NCBI GenBank assembly: GCA_950097015.1
Contig: CATNEN010000038.1
Coordinates: forward strand, 7,378,001 to 7,442,000
DNA: 64,000 nucleotides
Source of the DNA: Macrostomum hystrix
Taxonomy: Eukaryota > Animalia > Platyhelminthes
Reading direction: 5' to 3'
Part shown: positions 28,776-40,700 of the stretch, in pieces
How the letters are laid out: every line of letters begins with the position of its first letter
How positions within the stretch are numbered: position 1 is the first letter of the stretch
Program-made: the position numbers and the translations under genes
Notes under the pieces: generated by a model
Databases searched by the model: none
The model's input: the letters and a program-made list of their open reading frames with translations, nothing else
Told to the model about the DNA's origin: nothing

Positions 28776-28832
28776 TGTTTAGAAGTCAGTGATGAAGAAA
28801 TGCTGACTTATGCGATAGAAAATTGCTTCCAA

Positions 28833-28882
28833 ATGCTGCATACAGCCGTTCAGTCCATGGACTGGTGGTTGCCACTCCCACC
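28833..28882 (-). mobile_element. SINE family B 3' fragment
   Basis: GCCGTTCAGTCCATGGACTGG..GCCACTCCCACC matches the copy at 3130-3175. Confidence 0.55.
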
Positions 28883-29950
28883 AAAGAATCTACCCCACCT
28901 AGTAGCGGGTATTTTCTCAACTGCATTTCACAATGCATGTTGCACGTAGTATATATTAGAAATGCAAAAACCATTATTTTGTCGTTTTTGTTTTATTCTG
29001 CGATTTGTTGTGCCAAGGCCAAAATGCAAATATGACTACTCGTCGATAGTAGCATGACGTCTGGCACCGCTCATGATAAAAAATAAAAATAATGATGGCG
29101 AGGGAAACGGTGAAATATATTTAAAAAACAAGACTTCGTTGTAAAATGTTTCTATTCATCGTCATGACAACAGTTCTATCTAAAAAGGCTACAATCTAGT
29201 ATTAACACTCATAAAACTGGTAGGCCTGTTCCTCACGGCTCAATTCAACTGAAAGCTACCGTCCGGTTAGTTCTCAAGATCTGCTCCTAAGTCTCATTCT
29301 CAAGTTCTACTTACTAACATCGATTCATCTGTAAAACTTCTTCAACTTTAGTGACAGATGGTCGGGATTCGAACTCGTGCCCAACAAGCTGATCGCGATC
29401 GATGCATCGGTGAACAGCAGCGTCTTCAACGAGTCCGGCTTTCGGTCTGACGCCGAGTGCCTGATTTGGTGCGAGAAGAGAGACTGCGCCGTCGCAGTCC
29501 TTAAACGACAGCAGCAGCGTCTGCCAGCTGGGCGTCATCAACTATGAGTCATCGAGGCAGGTGTTCCCTAACGACACTCACGTGACTCGCAGCTTGGCTC
29601 GCCGTCTGATGTTTCCGTGAGGGTGTGGAAGGCGGAAGACTTTGAGCAGCAGCTGCGCAGTCGGGCTGTTTCAATTCGGAACCTTGTGCTCGGAAGTGAG
29701 TCTGAAAATCTGTTTTGTTTCACTGAAACCGCTCAGCATCGCTTTGCTAAATAAATCTCTGCGAATCTGTTGCAGACAGCAGCTCTGGACGCTTCGGTGT
29801 TGTCCAGAACGTCACCGTAAGCATAACCGGCTGCTACAGAATCCAAGCCTTCGGAGCTGCAGGCGGTCGTTCGGCAGCGAATCTGGGCGGGAAAGGCGCC
29901 TCAGCCGCTGGCAGCTCTCAGCTCTCGGCCGGCAACTTAAAACTTAAAAT

Positions 29951-30048
29951 TGGAAATCTCGAGAATTCTTGGAAACTCTCGAGAATTCTTGGAAACTCTC
30001 GAGAATTCTTGGAAACTCTCGAGAATTCTTGGAAACTCTCGAGAATCT
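29951..30048. promoter_or_regulatory. 20-bp tandem repeat containing four STAT/GAS-like TTCTTGGAA sites upstream of the ANK-cGLR gene
   Basis: Unit GAGAATTCTTGGAAACTCTC. TTCN3GAA at 29966, 29986, 30006 and 30026. The regulatory role is inference. Confidence 0.35.
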
Positions 30049-30527
30049 CAACGACTCAACGGGTCTTGTGATTCTGGAAGTTGTTTCATTCTCAATCTTC
30101 ATGGCGATTGGTTGAGTTTTTTGCGAGATACAAAAAAGAAAAGTGTGGGTTTTTGAAATACCTCCCGTGACGTCTACCCTTAATGCCTGTACCTATTCCA
30201 TGCTGATACAGTTGACCTCTCCCGAAATCGCATCGCATGCTTGTGCGCCCGTCACCCGCCCGTCACCCACACAGTAACTAGTCCAGCTGAACCTGTATTG
30301 TACTGAATAGCTTCTAAGAGCAGCTTTGTTGAAAAAAAAGAATTTTTACAAATGCAAGAAATATGAGTGCTTGAATTTCACCAACTAGCTTTTTGTAATT
30401 TTAGCATAGCTGTCGATCTACCGAGCTGAATCTTCTGATATTTTCTGAATACTTACTATTGGAAAGCTCAATCGTTTATAACTTGGATGATCAACAACCA
30501 CTAACCATTGCGAATGGAAAAAATCGT

Positions 30528-30625
30528 AAACAGACAGACAGACAGACAGACAAATAAAATACAGACAGACAGACAGACAGACAGGCAGACAGGCAGACAG
30601 GCAAACAGACAGACAAATAAAAGAC

Positions 30626-30658
<33 letters not shown>

Positions 30659-30680
30659 GGCAGACAGAAAAACAGACAAA
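30528..30680. repeat. (GACA)n interrupted microsatellite
   Basis: ACAG runs. Confidence 0.95.
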
Positions 30681-31792
30681 TGAAAAAGCTACAGTTAAAA
30701 TCATTGAAGTGCAAGTTTTCTAGTAGAAACTCGAGGAACGCAAAGACACGCAGGTCAATGCGACAGAGCGCATAGTTGAGTATATTTGATATTACAACAA
30801 GCTATCAGCGGTGATCTATTGTACTGGTACTAAACAGCTGGCTTCGGATGCAAACACTAAGAGATGCAGAAGAGTGACAACCTCTTCAGCTGTAAATGAC
30901 AGGATAAGCAGAAGCTGGTGCTGTAATATCTGCTGCATCCGCTGACAGTTAATACCAAATAGTCAAGAGCTAATAGCCATTAAAAACAACGAACAGCCAA
31001 AAAGTATTTTTACGTCTATAGATTTCAAGGAAATATAGAGCTGTCTGTGCAACCGAAACCGTGCCAAAACACTCGCCTTTCATTTAAACAAATACAGTGT
31101 GAGAAAAATGTAACAAAACTATAAATAGTTTTCAGTTTAAGGAATGTAAAAAGTGAAGTTATGTTTTAGCAGAGGGAAGTGCACAAGAAGCTTTTGTTAT
31201 AATAAATAAAACTTAACTGAAGGTTGAATACAAAACACAGAGATTTGGGAAGCGTTATGCTCAAGATGACAGCTGATAAGCTACTACGAAACCAATAGGC
31301 CTCGGCGTTGGTTACATCAGAAATGACAGCTTAGGGTAATGTCAGGTGAATGCTACTGCACAAAGTAATTATCCCTAATAACTACTTATCCTCATAAGGA
31401 AAAGAGCATTCCCATAAGCTGACAGGCTCAACTTTGTTTAACCTAAACAATGAACAATCAATTTGAGTATACTTTATTATCAATGCGCACGCACAAGCAA
31501 CATAAAAACACAATACACAAAAATTGGTGTCTTTAAGGAATGCGGCCGACATAATTATGGAATGTTAGATTTCATAGAAAACTGAAAATAACTGGAAAAA
31601 ATTAATTTAGCACATTTCTTTAGACAAAAGAGAGATGAAATATAAAAACTCGAATGCTCAAATAGAGCACGATTTTACAAATCACTTTCTTTTCTGTAAT
31701 AAAATCACAGCTAACAATGAGCGACGGGTTAGTAGTCTATGGCAATAAATAAGGCAGGCTGAAGGACAGTCGATTCCATGAAGTCATTGGCT

Positions 31793-34700
31793 TCACCTTG
31801 AGCGCAGGGTTCTCTGCTTGTTCATCGTGGTGAGCATCAGGCTGATGTAGGAAGTCAGCAGGTCGTCCATCTTGTAGCCCAATGAGGTCTCGCACAGCAG
31901 TTTGCTGCCTCGAATTAAATTGCCGACCGTCATGTGGAAGTAGGTGTTGCCGCTGGACCAGTTGCTGATCTTTGTGAACGGATGGATCTCCAGGATTTCC
32001 TGGGGGGGCAACAGGCGACATGTTGGATTGGAGTGTGAGCTGCTTGGTGTGAGCTGTTGGGTGTGAGCTGCTGGGCAGCAGGGTGTGAACTGCTGGTTAG
32101 CTGGGTGTGAACTGTTTATTGACTGGGTGTGAACTGCTTGTTGGCTGGGTGTGAACTACTGGTTAGCTGGGTGTGAACTCCTAGTTGGCTGGGTGTGAAC
32201 TGCTGGTTAGCTGGTGTGAACTCCTAGTTAGCTGGGTGTGAACTCCTAGTTGGCTGGGTGTGAACTACTGGTTAGCTGGGTGTGAACTCCTAGTTGGCTG
32301 GGTGTGAACTGCTGGTTAGCTGGGTGTGAACTCCTAGTTGGCTGGGTGTGAACTGCTGGTTAGCAGGGTGTGAACTGCTGGTTAGCTGGGTGTGAACTGT
32401 TTATTGACTGGGTGTGAACTGCTTGTTGGCTGGGTGTGAACTACTGGTTAGCTGGGTGTGAACTCCTAGTTGGCTGGGTGTGAACTGCTGGTTAGCTGGT
32501 GTGAACTCTTAGTTAGCTGGGTGTGAACTCCTAGTTGGCTGGGTGTGAACTCCTAGTTGGTTGGGTGTGAACTCCTAGTTGGTTGGGTGTGAACTGCTGG
32601 GTAGCTGGGTGTGAACTGCTTGTTGGCTGGGTGTGAACTGCTTATTGACTGGGTGTGAACTGCTTATTGACTGGGTGTGAACTGCTAGTTAGCTGGGTGT
32701 GAACTGCTGGGTAGCTGGGTGTGAACTGCTTATTGACTGGGTGTGAACTGCTTATTGACTGGGTGTGAACTGCTAGTTAGCTGGGTGTGAACTGCTAGTT
32801 AGCTGGGTGTGAACTGCTGGTTAGCTGGGTGTGAACTCCTAGTTGGCTGGGTGTGAACTGCTGGTTAGCTGGGTGTGAACTCCTAGTTAGCTGGGTGTGA
32901 ACTGCTGGTTAGCTGGGTGTGAACTGGGCAGCAGGGTGTGAAGTGCTGGGTAACAGGTTGTGAATAGTATACACACGGCGGCGTCTAACCTTGGTGAGCG
33001 GATGAATGAGATTCACTCCGTGTTTGTTTATTGCGATGAGCAATGTCTCAGGATAGTTGGGCTCGGTTGTTTGCTGAAATTCAAAAGTTCAATAGTAAAA
33101 TAACTTATTTGTCACATTTTCTCACTATTTTTGTTTACGACATTATTGTTTTAAGCACAACGGACCTTGACTTCAAAGAATGCCGAGCCGAAAGTTGGCC
33201 ACTTGTAAACAAGCTTGGTGAAAGTGACTTTGGCCTCGTCTGAGCTCATGCCGATGTTGTTGTTGTACTCGGCAACGATTCTCTGCAATATTATTGCGAA
33301 TTTTATTTAATCGCACATACGATTCCTGCTACGATTCTAGTTGCGATTCTAGCTACGATTCTAGCTGCAGTTTTAGCTGCGATTCTAGCTGCGATTCTAG
33401 TTGCAGTTTTAGCTGCGATTCTAGCTGCGATTCTAGTTGCGATTCTAGCTGCGATTCTAGCTACGATTCTAGCTGCAGTTTTAGCTGCCATTCTAGCTAC
33501 GATTCTAGCTGCAGTTTTAGCTGCCATTCTAGCTACGATTCTAGCTGCAGTTTCAGCTGCCATTCTAGCTGCAATTCTAGCTGCGATTCTAGCTGCGATT
33601 CTAGCTGCGATTCTAGCTACGATTCTAGCTGCAATTTTAGCTGCCATTCTAGCTGCGATTCTAGCTGCGATTCTAGCTGCAATTTTAGCTGCCATTCTAG
33701 CTGCGATTCTAGCTGCGATTCTAGCTGCGATTCTAGCTAAGATTCTAGCTGCAGTTTTAGCTGCCATTCTAGCTACGATTCTAGCTGCAGTTTTAGCTGC
33801 AATTCTAGCTACGATTCTAGCTGCAGTTTCAGCTGCCATTCTAGCTGCGATTCTAGCTGCGATTCTAGCTGCGATTCTAGCTAAGATTCTAGCTGCAGTT
33901 TTAGCTGCCATTCTAGCTACGATTCTAGCTGCAGTTTTAGCTGCAATTCTAGCTACGATTCTAGCTGCAGTTTCAGCTGCCATTCTAGCTGCCATTCTAG
34001 CTGCGATTCTAGCTGCAGTTTCAGCTGCCATTCTAGCTGCAATTCTAGCTGCGATTCTAGCTGCGATTCTAGCTACGATTCTAGCTGCAATTTTAGCTGC
34101 CATTCTAGCTGCCATTCTAGCTGCGATTCTAGCTGCAGTTTCAGCTGCCATTCTAGCTGCAATTCTAGTTGCGATTCTAGCTGCGATTCTAGCTGCGATT
34201 CTAGCTACGATTTGCTGCGATTCTGGATTGATTATCGTTTAAATTTCTACCGGATTACGAAAGTACACCAATGGCTAGTAATTTACCCTCTTCCACTCCT
34301 CAGCTGACAGCTGCTTGATGAGGTCAGCCGGCAGCAGCTCTTTGAGGAATTTTCTAGAAAAAAAGCATTTGAAGGTGAAACGAACTGTTATTTTATTTCA
34401 ATGAGGAAACCTTATAATTGGGGGTAGAAATCATACACGAAAAAAATCGCAAGGCCAAAAAGAAAAAAACAACTTTTATGTACGGAATGAGACGGTTTGA
34501 GATTAAGGGTGAGACGGTATGAGATTATAAGTGAGACGGTATGAGATTATAGGTGAGATGGTATGATATTAGGGGTGAGTCGATGTGAGATGAGGGTTGG
34601 GACAGTAGGAGATGAGGGGTGAGACGGTATGAGATGAGGGTGAGACGGTATGAGATGAGGGGTGAGACGGTATGAGATGAGGGGTGAGACGGTATGAGAT

Positions 34701-37700
34701 GAGGGGTGAGACGGTATGAGATGAGGGGTGAGACGGTATGAGATGAAAGTGAGACGGTATGAGATGAGGGGTGAGACGGTATGAGATGAAAGTGAGATGG
34801 TATGAGATGAGGGGTGAGACAGTATGAGATAAGGGGTGAGACGGTATGAGATGAAAGTGAGACGGTATGAGATGAGGGGTGAGACGGTATGAGATGAGGG
34901 GTGCGACGGTATGAGATGAGGGGTGAGAGGGTGTGAGATGAGGGCAGAGATGACGTGAGATTATAGATGAGACAGCATGAGATAACAGATGAGACGGCAG
35001 CAGGGCAGCATACTCACGGAATGTGCTGCAGGTTGTTCTTATTCTCGCCGAATTTCACCCGATAGATTAGAGCGGCGAGCTCTGCGGCCTCATCCACTGT
35101 GCACTTGTGATAGCCGCGCAGCAGCTTGGGCAACTCCTGGTGATAGTGGAAGATGATATCCGCGTTGCGATCTCGGCCAGGCACCGTGGTGCTCCACAAT
35201 TTCTTCATGAAGAACACCTGATAGCTGAACTGTGGGGTCACGCCGTCCCTGCTGGGCTTGGCCTTCTTAATCCACTCAGTCAGGTGGCGTACAAAGTCGA
35301 AGAAGAAATCTCCCTCAGGCACAGAGATTACCTGCGAGATGGGTAAGGGTAATTAGTACTCTGATGCGCTTCAGGTGGAATTAAATCTGAAGTTTTTCTT
35401 GAAGTTTCAGCTGAGGAATCGGTTCTGAAGTATGGTGGGCTGTGGTCCCTGAAGTTTCAGCTGAGGAATCAGTTCTGAAGTATGGTGGGCTGTGGTCCCT
35501 GAAGTTTCAGCTGAGGAATCAGTTCTGAAGTATGGTGGGCTGTGGTCCCTGAAGTTTCAGCTGAGGAATCAGTTCTGAAGTATGGTGGGCTGTGGTGCCT
35601 GAAGTTTCAGCTGAGGAATCAGTTCTGAAGTATGGTGGGCTGTGGTCCCTGAAGTTTCAGCTGAGGAATCAGTTCTGAAGTATGGTGGGCTGTGGTCCCT
35701 GAAGTTTCAGCTGAGGAATCGGTTCTGAAGTATGGTGGGCTGTGGTCCCTGAAGTTTCAGCTGAGGAATCAGTTCTGAAGTATGGTGGGCTGTGGTCCCT
35801 GAAGTTTCAGCTGAGGAATCGGTTCTGAAGTATGGTGGGCTGTGGTGCCTGAAGTTTCAGCTGAGGAATCAGTTCTGAAGTATGGTGGGCTGTGGTCCCT
35901 GAAGTTTCAGCTGAGGAATCAGTTCTGAAGTATGGTGGGCTGTGGTGCCTGAAGTTTCAGCTGAGGAATCAGTTCTGAAGTATGGTGGGCTGTGGTCCCT
36001 GAAGTTTCAGCTGAGGAATCAGTTCTGAAGTATGGTGGGCTGTGGTCCCTGAAGTTTCAGCTGAGGAATCAGTTCTGAAGTATGGTGGGCTGTGGTCCCT
36101 GAAGTTTCAGCTGAGGAATCGGTTCTGAAGTATGGTGGGCTGTGGTCCCTGAAGTTTCAGCTGAGGAATCAGTTCTGAAGTATGGTGGGCTGTGGTCCCT
36201 GAAGTTTCAGCTGAGGAATCAGTTCTGAAGTATGGTGGGCTGTGGTCCCTGAAGTTTCAGCTGAGGAATCAGTTCTGAAGTATGGTGGGCTGTGGTCCCT
36301 GAAGTTTCAGCTGAGGAATCGGTTCTGAAGTATGGTGGGCTGTGGTGCCTGAAGTTTCAGCTGAGGAATCAGTTCTGAAGTATGGTGGGCTGTGGTCCCT
36401 GAAGTTTCAGCTGAGGAATCAGTTCTGAAGTATGGTGGGCTGTGGTCCCTGAAGTTTCAGCTGAGGAATCAGTTCTGAAGTATGGTGGGCTGTGGTCCCT
36501 GAAGTTTCAGCTGAGGAATCGGTTCTGAAGTATGGTGGGCTGTGGTCCCTGAAGTTTCAGCTGAGGAATCAGTTCTGAAGTATGGTGGGCTGTGGTCCCT
36601 GAAGTTTCAGCTGAGGAATCAGTTCTGAAGTATGGTGGGCTGTGGTCCCTGAAGTTTCAGCTGAGGAATCAGTTCTGAAGTATGGTGGGCTGTGGTCCCT
36701 GAAGTTTCAGCTGAGGAATCAGTTCTGAAGTATGGTGGGCTGTGGTCCCTGAAGTTTCAGCTGAGGAATCGGTTCTGAAGTATGGTGGGCTGTGGTGCCT
36801 GAAGTTTCAGCTGAGGAATCAGTTCTGAAGTATGGTGGGCTGTGGTCCCTGAAGTTTCAGCTGAGGAATCAGTTCTGAAGTATGGTGGGCTGTGGTCCCT
36901 GAAGTTTCAGCTGAGGAATCGGTTCTGAAGTATGGTGGGCTGTGGTCCCTGAAGTTTCAGCTGAGGAATCAGTTCTGAAGTATGGTGGGCTGTGGTGCCT
37001 GAAGTTTCAGCTGAGGAATCAGTTCTGAAGTATGGTGGGCTGTGGTCCCTGAAGTTTCAGCTGAGGAATCAGTTCTGAAGTATGGTGGGCTGTGGTCCCT
37101 GAAGTTTCAGCTGAGGAATCAGTTCTGAAGTATGGTGGGCTGTGGTCCCTGAAGTTTCAGCTGAGGAATCAGTTCTGAAGTATGGTGGGCTGTGGTCCCT
37201 GAAGTTTCAGCTGAGGAATCAGTTCTGAAGTATGGTGGGCTGTGGTGCCTGAAGTTTCAGCTGAGGAATCAGTTCTGAAGTATGGTGGGCTGTGGTCCCT
37301 GAAGTTTCAGCTGAGGAATCAGTTCTGAAGTATGGTGGGCTGTGGTCCCTGAAGTTTCAGCTTGGGAACGGAGGGCTGTGGTTGCTCCTAAATGTTGCAT
37401 AGGAAAATTAGTAAAATCCTAAGCGCTAGATCCGATCCAAGACTCACTTTGTCGGCAATCTTCACAAACAGCGAGAAGCCCTCGTAGCTCTTCAGGCCGA
37501 GCTTTGTGGCCACATTGGCGCAGAAGTCCTTGGCTCGGGTGCTTGAGTCGACTTCAAACGCTTCGTCCGAGTCGTCGGGGAAGTACACTTTGTGATAGAT
37601 TATGGTGGTCTTGTGCTGGATGGCCTCCACCTCGACCTGTATACCGATATGTATAGAAAAAAACATAGAAATATATCTTAAAATTGTGGGCATGAAAATG

Positions 37701-40700
37701 GTTAAGAATAGCAAAAAGCACCTGGCTTAATTTTTTTTTGCTTTTTAACTTTAAGTAGGATTGCGTTTCATAGAAAATATCATAGTTGAATTAAGGTACT
37801 TACAAATGTACTTTAGCCTAGTGGCCAGAGCTTCAAACTCTTAGCCAAGAGGTCTGGAGTTCGAATCGCAATTTAACAGCCCTACTATTAATTTTAGTAG
37901 GGCTGTGGGAAACTCACACAGGGGGTGTGCATCTCACCTCATTTGATTTTTATCCAACATTAAACAGATATAATGCTTCAATTATAACAATAGACTCTAC
38001 CCGATATGTATCGAAAATTTGAACAATTGTCACCTGATGCGGCGGATATTTTCTCTGGCCATTGCGGAGAGTCTTCTGCAGCCTGGCCAGGCAGTCGGGG
38101 GCCACCGTGTTGCGGGAGGTGCGCAGGAATTGCGTCACCTCCTTGAGCAGGTTCGGGCTTGGGGCGAAGCAGCCAGTAGCCAGCCACATCAGCTCCCAGC
38201 CTCTCTCGTCGCTGAAGGCGTTCTGATTATCTGTCAGCTGCTTGCAGAGCTGGCAGTAGACTTCGTCTTTCAACAATTCGTGCTTCAACGGCGGCTCGAA
38301 GATCTGGTCCGTGAGCTCGTTGCCAGCCCGACTCCTCTTGCTGGGATGGTCGCCCATGTACTTTAGTGTGGCCAAGAATGTGATGATGGCCTGAGTGCTC
38401 AGGTCCTCCTTGCCCTGAAGCTTGCGCAGCAGCGGCTGCTTCAACGGATCGCGCGAATGCCGCCAGAGCTGATCGGCCTGCCGCCGCCTGGCCGTGTTCA
38501 TGCCGAGAGCGCGCGACTGAGTTCGCTTCGGTGGCGGCCGGAAATGATCGATTGAGTACTCCTCGAGCGTGTGCTGCCTGCTGCCGTCGCCAGAAATCGG
38601 ACCGCCGTTGCCATCGGGACCAGCGCCGAGTTGACTGGCGTTGACGGCCAGCTCCGGGCCGCCCGGCTGCTGGGTGAACAGAGTCAGGATCTGGGGCGAG
38701 GGCCGAGTCAGCAGCGGCAGGACGTACACGCACTCGGCTGGGAAGTCGCCCTTGAGGCCCGTTCTGTAGTTCTCGCCGTAGCACCAGCCGCTGTTCATCA
38801 CCGTCTCGCCGTTGCTCTGCTCCAGAATCAGCAGGTCGCCTTTTTGGAAGTTTAGGAAGCTCGAGCCGGAGCCTGGGATGAGGGGCGGGATTGTGGCATG
38901 AGAGCCTGAGGGGATTGTGGCATGAGAGCCTGAGGGCATTGTGGCATGAGAGCCTGAGGGGATTGTGGCATGAGAGCCTGAGGGGATTGTGACATGAGAG
39001 CCTGAGGGGATTGTGGCATGAGAGCCTGAGGGGATTGTGACACAAGAATGTGAGAAGACTCAATACAGTAAAGCCTACTCAGTTGAGCAGTGCTCAGTGA
39101 CTCACTGGGCTGCTCATAGTCCTGCAGTGCGATAACGTAGATGCTGCGCCGCTTGAGGCCCTCCAGAAAAGTGACCACGAGATCGCGGATGTCCTCAGCA
39201 TTGGGCGAGGTGAAAGTGTACTCATCACCCTTCAGCGTGGCCAGCGTGAACGACTGACCGTGAATCCGGCCGGTGCTGTGAATGCGGGAATAGGAAGGCC
39301 AGTGAACGGGTGACGCCATAGTCTAGATCGATAATTTACTGTCACGTAATGCAATCTTATAGTGAGTTATTGTGAAGTTGCAGTTTTCTATACATATCGG
39401 GCCAATAAGTAAAACAGGAAAGAACGTGAATCTAACCAAAAATTACATTAAAAAATTCTCCTATCAAACTGGTGAAGTGATAAAGTTAATTATAAAACAC
39501 AATACTTACATTAAAACGAATAATTAGACAGAAAAATACGAAATTTAGAATTTTGAATGGTATACTTTCTTTAAAATTGCATAGTAGTTAGTTGGGCGCA
39601 TGACAACTATAATTTGAGATAGATGTTAAAAAATACGTAAAATAATTAAATTAATCTTGGCTGCAGCTGCCGTACGTTCTAAAGTTGGAATACCGCAGAA
39701 TTCCTGAACCAATTCTGTCGAAAGGGAGGTGACTGGGTGGATAAAGCATTTGACGAGTTGGCACTAGCCAGTGACGGAACAGCCTTCGGGTGATTTCTGT
39801 GATTCAGATTTTTTTTAAAGAAATACTGAGTAAAACTGCTTTTACGAGCTTGTCAGTCTGAAAATGCGACAAAAATTGAGCCAAGTAAGTTATCCAAGTC
39901 AAGTAACTATATGTGGAACCAGTTAAATAATTATAAACTTGTTAAACAATACCGAATCTGCTGGACAATATCAAACATGTTGGCATTTTTATATTTGAGT
40001 ATGTTTGACAAGTTAGAACCTTTTACACAATGCTGAACTATTTTGAACATGTTAGAAAATTAAGAAACTGTTAGATAATTAGGAACCTGTTAGAAAACCC
40101 CCAAACCTGTGAAAAGTTAGAGCCTGCTAGACAAGTTAGAACATGTTAGACAAGTTAGAACATGTTAGACAAGTTAGAAAATGTTAGACAAGTTAGAAAA
40201 TGTTAGACAAGTTAGAACATGTTAGACAAGTTAGAACCTGTTAGACAAGTTAGAACATGTTAGACAAGTTAGAAAATGTTAGACAAGTTAGAACATGTTA
40301 GACAAGTTAGAACCTGCTAGACAAGTTAGAACATGTTAGACAAGTTAGAACCTGCTAGACAAGTTAGAACATGTTAGACAAGTTAGAACATGTTAGACAA
40401 GTTAGAAAATGTTAGACAAGTTAGAAAATGTTAGACAAGTTAGAACATGTTAGACAAGTTAGAACCTGTTAGACAAGTTAGAACATGTTAGACAAGTTAG
40501 AAAATGTTAGACAAGTTAGAACATGTTAGACAAGTTAGAACCTGCTAGACAAGTTAGAACATGTTAGACAAGTTAGAACCTGCTAGACAAGTTAGAACAT
40601 GTTAGACAAGTTAGAACATGTTAGACAAGTTAGAACATGTTAGACAAGTTAGAACCTGCTAGACAAGTTAGAACTTGTTAGACAAGTTAGAACATGTTAG

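Noticed and set aside
37813-37870. tRNA gene (also considered at 42585-42650)
   Set aside because: A- and B-box-like motifs are present, but there is no acceptor stem or full cloverleaf. These are SINE heads.
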